Assembly: GCA_036276435.1 (NCBI GenBank)
Contig: DASUOW010000152.1
Span: 1-46,623 of the forward strand
Reading direction: 5' to 3'
Source of the DNA: Gemmatimonadales bacterium
GTDB lineage: Bacteria > Gemmatimonadota > Gemmatimonadetes > Gemmatimonadales > GWC2-71-9
DNA length: 46,623 nt
The position numbers were made by a program, and so were the translations under genes. Shown one piece after another: positions 17,698 through 24,958 of the stretch. The notes below the pieces were generated by a model. That model was not told where the DNA came from. It ran no database searches and saw nothing but the letters and a program-made list of their open reading frames with translations. The stretch's first letter is position 1. Each line of letters starts with the position of its first letter.

Positions 17698-17977
17698 GGA
17701 TCAGCTCCCGCGCGACGAGCCCGTCGAGGTACTCCGTCACGTCCTTGAGGATCTCCTCGACGCTCGCGCTGTCCTCGGCGCCGTAGCGCGACTTGAGCGC
17801 CGCGGCGATGTCGGCAAGCGTGCGACGGCCGTCGAGCAGCTTGAGGATCTCGGCGCCCGTCTCGTTCAGCAGCACCGCGCCCTCGGGATACAGCAGCACG
17901 GGGCGGTTGCGCACGGCGTCGAACTCGACGCGGGCGAAGCGCCAGAGCGAGGGGGTCGAGGTGGGGATGAGCGCCAT
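17687..17977 (-). CDS. pqqD: PQQ biosynthesis peptide chaperone PqqD
   Basis: 96 aa. PVLLYPEGAVLLNETGAEILKLLDGRRTLADI is the PqqD/RRE pattern. It lies between pqqC and pqqE. Confidence 0.9.
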   Translation of the reverse strand: MALIPTSTPSLWRFARVEFDAVRNRPVLLYPEGAVLLNETGAEILKLLDGRRTLADIAAALKSRYGAEDSASVEEILKDVTEYLDGLVARELIRDH

Positions 17978-17983
17978 CGTGCG

Positions 17984-18736
<753 letters not shown>

Positions 18737-18738
18737 GG

Positions 18739-19308
18739 TCACTGTCCGGAGGGGCCCACGTAGTCGGGCACGCCGTTGGGGTAGTCGTTGGTGGCGCCGC
18801 CGGCCTTCACGGTGCGCGCCACGCGATCGGCGAAGCTGCGGGTGCCGATGCGCGTCATCGCCACGGGCTCGCCCTTGAGCTCGGTGGAGTCGTCGAGGAC
18901 GATCTCGCCGGTGGGCACGTGGATGAGCTGGCCCGTCAGCAGCCAGATGAGGTTGCTGGTCTTGCTCACCTTCAGCATCACCACCCAGGCGGCGCCGGAC
19001 CGGCGCGCCGCCTCGCGGGCGCAGGCCACGGTGACGCGGCACGCGGCATCGGCCGGCACGACGACCGCCTGTGCGCCGAGGCGATCCCGCAGGCGGTCGT
19101 TCATCGTCGCCGTCGCCGTCGTCGCCGCCACGGTATCGCTGGCCTCGAGCACGTTGGCCTGCTCGTTGTAGAGCGCCGTGGGGAGCAGTGCCACCTTCGC
19201 GTCGGGCGCCGCGAGGGGTGGCCGGGCGGGACTGACGGCCACGCCCTGCGCCGAGGCGAGGGCAGGTGATGCGAGCAGGCCGAGCAGCACGGCGGTCGAA
19301 CGGATCAT
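18739..19308 (-). CDS. Secreted protein of unknown function embedded between pqqB and pqqC (189 aa)
   Basis: ATG at 19308 with a GAGGAG Shine-Dalgarno. The signal peptide is MIRSTAVLLGLLASPALASA/QG. The stop lies 2 nt before the pqqC ATG and the start lies 20 nt after the pqqB stop. It has two Cys (ACRVTVAC). I could not assign a family with confidence. Confidence 0.7.
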   Translation of the reverse strand: MIRSTAVLLGLLASPALASAQGVAVSPARPPLAAPDAKVALLPTALYNEQANVLEASDTVAATTATATMNDRLRDRLGAQAVVVPADAACRVTVACAREAARRSGAAWVVMLKVSKTSNLIWLLTGQLIHVPTGEIVLDDSTELKGEPVAMTRIGTRSFADRVARTVKAGGATNDYPNGVPDYVGPSGQ

Positions 19309-19328
19309 CGTTTCCGGCTCCTCGCGTC

Positions 19329-20237
19329 TCAGACGTCGAACGTCATGCCGTCCATCCCGACCTCGATGCCCGCCTGCGCCACGGCGGCGCGCTCGGGCGA
19401 GTCCTCGAGCAGGATGGGATTGGTGTTGTTGATGTGAACGTACACGCGGCGGGGCGTCGCGAGCCCGGCGAGCTGCGCGAGGCTGCCGCCCTCGCCGGAG
19501 AGCGGCAGGTGGTCGATTTCGCGCGCGCGCTTAGTGCCCACGCCGAGCGCGATCATCTCGTCATCGGTCCAGAAGGTGCCGTCGAAGAGCAGCAGGTCGG
19601 CGGCGCCCAGGCGCGCGAGGAGCCGGGCATCGAGGCCGCCGCAGGCCGGTGCATAGGCCAGCGTGCCGCCGGTGCGACGATCGTGCACGAAGAGGCCCAC
19701 GGTATGACCGGGCTCGTCCCGCGATGCGAAGCGCGGCGGCCCCGCCGGCACCACGAACGGTTCCACCGTGATGCCGCTTGGCCCTTCGCCCGGGTGGGCC
19801 AGCTCCGTGGGCATGCCCACCGAGAGGGCGCAGGTGCGCACCTCGGCGAACGCGCGCGTCACGGGCAGGAGGCGCGTGTCGTGGTCGAGGGTGTGCAGCA
19901 CGGGCGGCGTGGCGTACAGCTGGAGCGAGCGGCCCTCGCGCAGCAGCACGAGGCCCAGCGAGTGGTCGAGCTCGGCGTCGGTCAGGACCACGCCGGCCAC
20001 GGCCACGTGCCGGTTCCCCTCGGGCTCCGCCACCGGCAGTCGCGCCAGCTGCTCGCGCACGTCGGGCGAGGCATTGAGCAGGAACCAGCGGTTCCCGTCC
20101 GCGCTCACCGCCACCGACGACTGCGTGCGCGGCCGCGCCCGGCCGGGCTCGCGACGCGCGACCCGGCAGGTGGGGCACCAGCAGTTCCACTGCGGGAAGC
20201 CGCCGCCGGCGGCCGTTCCCAGGAGGATGACCCTCAT
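19329..20237 (-). CDS. pqqB: PQQ biosynthesis protein PqqB (metallo-beta-lactamase fold)
   Basis: 302 aa. MRVILLGTAAGGGFPQWNCWCPTC...LTDAELDH...VHINNTNPIL is the typical PqqB signature. Confidence 0.92.
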   Translation of the reverse strand: MRVILLGTAAGGGFPQWNCWCPTCRVARREPGRARPRTQSSVAVSADGNRWFLLNASPDVREQLARLPVAEPEGNRHVAVAGVVLTDAELDHSLGLVLLREGRSLQLYATPPVLHTLDHDTRLLPVTRAFAEVRTCALSVGMPTELAHPGEGPSGITVEPFVVPAGPPRFASRDEPGHTVGLFVHDRRTGGTLAYAPACGGLDARLLARLGAADLLLFDGTFWTDDEMIALGVGTKRAREIDHLPLSGEGGSLAQLAGLATPRRVYVHINNTNPILLEDSPERAAVAQAGIEVGMDGMTFDV

Positions 20238-20240
20238 CGG

Positions 20241-20267
20241 AATAGAAAAGGCCCGCTTGCGCGAGCC
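20241..20267 (-). terminator. Hairpin plus U-tract between pqqA and pqqB (attenuator or RNA-stabilising stem-loop)
   Basis: On the minus strand, GGCUCGC-GCAA-GCGGGCC is a 7-bp stem (one G-U pair) with a GNRA loop at 20267..20250. It is followed by UUUUCUAUU (20249..20241). The U-tract ends 3 nt before the pqqB ATG. Confidence 0.6.
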
Positions 20268-20293
20268 CCTTCACCCTTCATCACCTGAATCGC

Positions 20294-20368
20294 TTACAGG
20301 GTCGCGACGTAGGCGGTGACTTCCATCGTGACGGCGACGATCTCGGCTTCGGGCTTGGTCCAGCGCAT
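20294..20368 (-). CDS. pqqA: PQQ precursor peptide PqqA (24 aa)
   Basis: It is too short for the ORF track. My translation is ATG CGC TGG ACC AAG CCC GAA GCC GAG ATC GTC GCC GVC... = MRWTKPEAEIVAVTMEVTAYVATL*, containing the conserved W-x-K-P and E-x-x-x-Y (EVTAY) cross-link residues. A GGAGG lies 6 nt upstream of the ATG. It sits directly upstream of pqqB. Confidence 0.85.
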   Translation of the reverse strand: MRWTKPEAEIVAVTMEVTAYVATL

Positions 20369-20408
20369 TGTTGCCTCCAGAGGGTTGGTGGTCTGACGCC
20401 CTCTCTTT

Positions 20409-20425
20409 AGGCAGAGTTCATGCCG
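20409..20425 (-). promoter_or_regulatory. Candidate sigma-54 (-24/-12) promoter for the pqq operon
   Basis: The minus strand reads cGGCATGAACTCTGCc, against the consensus TGGCACG-N4-TTGCW. GG and GC have the correct 12-nt register. It lies about 40 nt upstream of the pqqA ATG and directly downstream of a sigma-54 activator gene. Confidence 0.55.
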
Positions 20426-20507
20426 TTTTCAGAGGGCCACTTGGTCAGGAGGCAAAACCGCTTTCGACAACGACTTAGCGAAATGCCATCGGACGCGGGC
20501 CGATGCT

Positions 20508-20563
20508 TCACCCCACCCATTGGGTTCCTTCACCCACCCAACGTTGGGTCATCTCACCCACCG
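20508..20563 (-). promoter_or_regulatory. Three TCACCC(C)ACC direct repeats containing two ACCCA..TGGGT palindromes (candidate enhancer/UAS)
   Basis: The repeats start at 20509, 20530 and 20554, with spacing of 21 and 24 bp. The palindromes are ACCCAtTGGGT (20515..20525) and ACCCAACGTTGGGT (20536..20549, a perfect 14-mer). They lie 85-140 bp upstream of the -24 element. The last repeat overlaps the regulator's stop codon. Confidence 0.45.
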
Positions 20564-21936
20564 ATGCCGTACTTCTTGAGCCGATAGCGGAGCGTATCCC
20601 GGCTGATGCCGAGGCGCTGCGCCGCCCGGGTCTGGTTGCCGCCGCTCTGCTGCAGGGCCTGTTCGAGCATGGCGCGCTCCCATTGTCCGAGGTCCATCCC
20701 ATCGGGCGGAAGGCCGGGCACCGGAGCCGGGGCCCCGCCATCGGGCTGCATGAGCTCGTCGGGATTGTTGAGCGAGAGATGCTCGGCACCCAGCTCCGCC
20801 TCGTGGCTCCAGAGGATGGCGCGCTCCATCACGTGGCTCAGCTCGCGCACGTTGCCGGGCCACGGGTAGGCGCGCAGCAGCGCCTGCGCCTCGGCGCTGA
20901 TGCGGCGCACGTCGCGGCCGTACTTGGCGGCGTACTGCTTGAGGAAGTGCTCGGCCAGGATCAGCACGTCGTCGGCCCGTTCGCGCAGCGGCGGCAGGCG
21001 GAGCAGGATCACGGCGAGGCGGAAGAAGAGGTCCTTCCGGAACCGCTCGCCCTGCACGTCCTTCTGGAGGTCGCGGTTGGTGGCGGCCAGGATCCGCACG
21101 TCGATCTTGCGGTCCCGGATGCCGCCGACACGGCGCACCGTGCGGTCCTCGATGGCCCGCAGCAGCTTGCCCTGCAGCGCCAGCTCGATGTCGCCCACCT
21201 CGTCGAGGAAGATGAACCCGCCCTCGGCGGCCTCGAACAGCCCGAGCTTCGATTCCTTGGCGTCGGTGAAGGCGCCGCGCTCGTAGCCGAACAGCTCGGC
21301 CTCCATGAGCGTGGCGGGCAGCGCCGTGCAGTTCACGTCGATGAACGGCCGGCCGCTCCGCGGGCCCGAGGCGTGGATGGTGCGCGCCACGAGGCCCTTG
21401 CCGGTGCCCGTCTCGCCGGTGATGAGCACGGGCGGCGTCTCGTCGAGCGCCGCCACCTGGCGCGCGCGGTCGAGCACCGCGCGCATCGCCGGCGAGTCGC
21501 CGAGGATGCCGCCGAGGGACACCTCGCGGGTGGCCTGCTTGCGGTAGTACGACAGCTCCTGCCGCAGCCGCGAGTTCTCCCGGGCGCGGTCGGCGAGGAG
21601 CTTCAGCTCGTCGAGGTCGACGGGCTTCTTGATGTAGTCGAACGCCCCGAGCTTGACGGCCTCCACCGCGCCCTCGATGGAGCCGAACGCCGTCATCACC
21701 ACCACCGAGATGGTCGGGTCGAACTCCCGCACCTTCCTCAGCAGCTCGATGCCGTTCATGCCCGGCAGCCGCACGTCGGTGAACACCACGTCGGGCTTGA
21801 GCCGCTCGAGCATCTCGAGCGCCGACTCGGCGTCGCCCGCCACCTCCGTCTCGTAGCCCGCCTCGGTGAGGAAGACCTTCACCACCCGGGCGAGGGTGCG
21901 CTCGTCGTCGACGACGAGAATGGTGCCGTTGCTCAT
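20554..21936 (-). CDS. Sigma-54-dependent response regulator (NtrC family: REC, AAA+ and Fis-type HTH domains)
   Basis: I chose the ATG at 21936 within over-extended ORF 20554..23481 (460 aa). It has a REC domain (ILVVDDE...DVRLPGMNG), Walker A GETGTGKG, the sigma-54 contact loop GAFTDA (GAFTGA variant), and a C-terminal HTH (NQTRAAQRLGISRDTLRYRLKKYG). There is an ATGA overlap with the kinase stop. Confidence 0.92.
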   Translation of the reverse strand: MSNGTILVVDDERTLARVVKVFLTEAGYETEVAGDAESALEMLERLKPDVVFTDVRLPGMNGIELLRKVREFDPTISVVVMTAFGSIEGAVEAVKLGAFDYIKKPVDLDELKLLADRARENSRLRQELSYYRKQATREVSLGGILGDSPAMRAVLDRARQVAALDETPPVLITGETGTGKGLVARTIHASGPRSGRPFIDVNCTALPATLMEAELFGYERGAFTDAKESKLGLFEAAEGGFIFLDEVGDIELALQGKLLRAIEDRTVRRVGGIRDRKIDVRILAATNRDLQKDVQGERFRKDLFFRLAVILLRLPPLRERADDVLILAEHFLKQYAAKYGRDVRRISAEAQALLRAYPWPGNVRELSHVMERAILWSHEAELGAEHLSLNNPDELMQPDGGAPAPVPGLPPDGMDLGQWERAMLEQALQQSGGNQTRAAQRLGISRDTLRYRLKKYGIGG

Positions 21937-23456
21937 GCCACCCCTGCCGGCTCGCGAGCCGGGGCTGCGGGAAGGACGAGCCGCACCGTGGTGCCCTCGC
22001 CCGGGGCGCTCGTGATCTCGAGCCGTCCGCCGTGCTGCTCCACGAACCGCCGCGCGATGGCGAGCCCGAGCCCGGTGCCCTCGCTGCGCGTGGTGAAGAA
22101 CGGCTCGCACACGTTCGGCAGCACGTCGGCGGGGATGCCGCGGCCCGTGTCGCGGATGTCGAGCAGGACGCGATCCGCCGCCGCGGCGCCCTCGAGCCGG
22201 AGCCGGCCGCCGCCGGGCATGGCGTCGAGCGCGTTGGAGACGATCTCCAGGATCGCCGTCTCCACCTTCATCGGGTCGACGTGCACGTCGGGCAGCGCCT
22301 CGGGGATCGCCACCTCGAGCGCGATGCCGCGATCGGCCAGCAGGCTGCGCATCGGGGCGATGGCCCCGTCGACCAGCGCGCCGAGCCGCTCGCGCATCTG
22401 GTGCGTGGGGGCGGGCCGCGAGAAGGTGAGCAGGTGCGCGATGCGCTTGTCGAGGCGGTCCACTTCCTCGATGATCGCCTGCAGCGACTCGCGCGCGGCC
22501 GGCGAATCGGGGTGCCGGAGGGCCAGCTGCGCCGAGGCGCGCAGGCTCGCCAGCGGGTTGCGGAGGCCGTGCGCCACCGCCGCCGCCATCTGGCCCACCG
22601 AGGCGAGCTTCTCCGACTCCACGAGCTGGGCCTGCGTACGCTCGAGCTGCGCGATCTTCGCCGCAAGCTCCGCGTTGAGCGACTCGCGCGCCGCACTCGA
22701 CTCGCGCAGCCGCGCCGTCATGTCCCCGAAGGAGCGCGCGAGGTCGCCGATCTCGTCGCGCGCGTCGGTGCGGATGGGATGGTCGAGGTTGCCGGCGCCC
22801 ACCACGGCCATCGCGCTCCGCAGGTCGTTGATGGGCCGCACGAGGCTCCGCGCGAACGCCGCCGCGAGCAGCAGCCCGGCCGCGATCGCGGCGGCCATGA
22901 TGGTGAAGAGCAGGCGCCGCTCGCGATCGACGATCTCCTCCACGCGCACGAAGGCGCGCTGCACGGTGGCGATGCGCGCCTGGCGGTAGATCTCGTGATT
23001 GAGCGTGGTCAGCTCGGGGAAGAGCCGCGTCTTGAGCTCGCGCTGCGCGAGGCGGTAGCCCTCGTCGCGCCGGCGGGCGGTGGTGAGCACCATGACGCTG
23101 TCGGTGACGGAGTCGATCTGGGCGCGCAGCCGACGCACCTGCTCGGCATAGCGCCGCTCCTCCGGGCGCAGGTCGGCCTCCCAGCGCTCGATCCAGTAGG
23201 TCACCACCTGCCGGTTGGTCTCCAGCTCGCGCGGCACGTCCTCCTCGAACCCGCTGAGCGCCCGCCAGACGATCTCCCCCTGCGCCTGCAGCGCCGACTC
23301 CACCTCGGCGTAGGTCCGCGAGCGCCCGAGCCCCTGGCCCAGGTTCTCGAGCGCCTCGCGTTCCAGCCGGTTGCTGCGATAGGCGAGCGCCGCCACGAGG
23401 AGCAGCGGGATCGCCATCAGCGCGAAGGCGAGTCCGAGGCGGCGTTGGAAGGTCAT
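21933..23456 (-). CDS. Sensor histidine kinase with an extracytoplasmic sensor, HAMP, HisKA and HATPase domains
   Basis: 507 aa. It has two TM segments flanking a domain of about 170 aa, a HAMP domain (INDLRSAMAVVGAGNLDHPI...EIGDLARSFGDM), an H-box (AAVAHGLRNPL) and N/G boxes (IVSNALDAM, DTGRGIP, GTGLGLAI). Confidence 0.9.
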   Translation of the reverse strand: MTFQRRLGLAFALMAIPLLLVAALAYRSNRLEREALENLGQGLGRSRTYAEVESALQAQGEIVWRALSGFEEDVPRELETNRQVVTYWIERWEADLRPEERRYAEQVRRLRAQIDSVTDSVMVLTTARRRDEGYRLAQRELKTRLFPELTTLNHEIYRQARIATVQRAFVRVEEIVDRERRLLFTIMAAAIAAGLLLAAAFARSLVRPINDLRSAMAVVGAGNLDHPIRTDARDEIGDLARSFGDMTARLRESSAARESLNAELAAKIAQLERTQAQLVESEKLASVGQMAAAVAHGLRNPLASLRASAQLALRHPDSPAARESLQAIIEEVDRLDKRIAHLLTFSRPAPTHQMRERLGALVDGAIAPMRSLLADRGIALEVAIPEALPDVHVDPMKVETAILEIVSNALDAMPGGGRLRLEGAAAADRVLLDIRDTGRGIPADVLPNVCEPFFTTRSEGTGLGLAIARRFVEQHGGRLEITSAPGEGTTVRLVLPAAPAREPAGVA

Positions 23457-23589
23457 GAAGGCAAGATACAGCGTCCGGCAAACCTTTTCATCGCTTGTGG
23501 ATACAATTTCTGAGACGCGGCGGGTGGAAAGTCTTGCCCCGCCGAGTCTGAAGGTCTACTATAGGAGAGCCCAGCCGGGAGGCCCTCTG

Positions 23590-24702
23590 ATGGCGGATGC
23601 GTTTCGAAGCGCCGACGACTTCGACGAACAGGCCCACCAGCTGTACAACGAAGCTCGCTACGACGAAGCCCTCGCCCTGCTGCGCGAGGGTCTCTCCCTC
23701 TACCCCAACTCCGTCGAACTGCACATCGGCTCCGCCTACGCCTGGATGGCGATGGAGGAGTTCGCCTGGTCGCGCCGCAGCTTCGACACCGCGCTGACGC
23801 TCGATCCCGATCACGAGGACGCGCTCGCCGGCATGGGCGAGGTGCTCCTGAAGCTCGGCGATCGCACCGGGGCGATGCGCTGCTTCGAGCGCATCGTGGC
23901 GCTGGGGTTCCAGGACGACCTCGAGCTCATGCTGCAGCTCGGCCGTGCGAGCTTCCGCGAGGGCCTGCTGGCGCAGGCGCACCGCTACTTCGAGCTGGCC
24001 GTGGGCGCGCATCCCGACTCGCCCGACGCGGCGGCGTGCCTGGGGTACGCCGCGCACCGGCTGGGCAACGATGCCGGCGCACTCTTCTGGATCCGGCGCG
24101 CCCTCGAGATCGAGCCGCACTACGCCGAGGCGCGCATCTACCTCGCCAACATGCTGTACGACCGGGGCGAGACCGAGGCGGCGCTGCGCCACCTCGAGCG
24201 CACCGAGCCGGACGATCACTACGACGAGCTGGGCCTGTGGCGCTGCGTCGAGCTCAAGAAGGTGGTCTATCGCCTGCCCGACGAGGATCCCGAGCTCGCG
24301 CCGTGGTACCAGCGCCTGGGCGAGGTGGCCGGCGAGCCCGACCCGCTCGAGATGCTCCTCAACGAGATCGAGGCGCAGCTGCCCGACGGCACGGTGCGCA
24401 ACCCGCACCAGCTCGAGCTCTTCGGCACGCTGCTCACCGAGCTGCACGCCATGCAGAAGCGGCCCGGCGACCATCACTTCATCGCGACGCTCGCCGGCCA
24501 GACGTTCCGCGGCACCTGGGAGGAGATCCTTCACCAGATGAAGGAGGCCGAGCCCGAGTATGCCGACGCCCCGATGCAGGAGTTCATGGCGAGCCTCGCC
24601 CGGCGCGGCCGCACCGAGACCGGCATCGTGATCCCCACGACGGACGCCGAGGCGTTCATCCGCGGCAGCGCCCAGGCTGGGGTGTTGCGCATCATCCAGT
24701 AG
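23590..24702 (+). CDS. TPR-repeat protein with an uncharacterised C-terminal domain
   Basis: I chose the ATG at 23590 (GGGAGG lies upstream), giving 370 aa. The N-terminal ~210 aa contain several TPR-like repeats (YNEARYDEALALLREGLSLYPNS..., AEARIYLANMLYDRGETEAALRHLE). I did not recognise the C-terminal ~150 aa. Confidence 0.75.
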   Translation: MADAFRSADDFDEQAHQLYNEARYDEALALLREGLSLYPNSVELHIGSAYAWMAMEEFAWSRRSFDTALTLDPDHEDALAGMGEVLLKLGDRTGAMRCFERIVALGFQDDLELMLQLGRASFREGLLAQAHRYFELAVGAHPDSPDAAACLGYAAHRLGNDAGALFWIRRALEIEPHYAEARIYLANMLYDRGETEAALRHLERTEPDDHYDELGLWRCVELKKVVYRLPDEDPELAPWYQRLGEVAGEPDPLEMLLNEIEAQLPDGTVRNPHQLELFGTLLTELHAMQKRPGDHHFIATLAGQTFRGTWEEILHQMKEAEPEYADAPMQEFMASLARRGRTETGIVIPTTDAEAFIRGSAQAGVLRIIQ

Positions 24703-24723
24703 GGTGGGGACGCACCCGGGGAG

Positions 24724-24865
24724 GTCATTCCGAGCGCAGCGAGGAACCTGCTCGGCGACCGCCCCGACATCCGTGGCTTTGCCCTGATGGACGGACTGCT
24801 GGCCGGGGCTGGCGCCGCAGGGGTCGGCCGGATTCGAGCCGGTTCCTCGCTGCGCTTGGAATGAC
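24724..24865. repeat. MITE-like 142-bp element with 25-bp terminal inverted repeats
   Basis: GTCATTCCGAGCGCAGCGAGGAACC (24724..24748) matches the reverse complement of 24841..24865 (GTCATTCCAAGCGCAGCGAGGAACC) at 24 of 25 positions. It is intergenic between the TPR and M16 genes and has no coding capacity. It shares the TCATTsCGAG / GCGCAGCGAG core with the element at 10977. Confidence 0.8.
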
Positions 24866-24958
24866 GTCTTTCATCACCATGACATCGCGGGTCCCTTTCA
24901 TCGCCTCTCGACGTCCGACTCTGGACTCCGAACCACGCCCCGTTTCTCTTTCGCGCCC

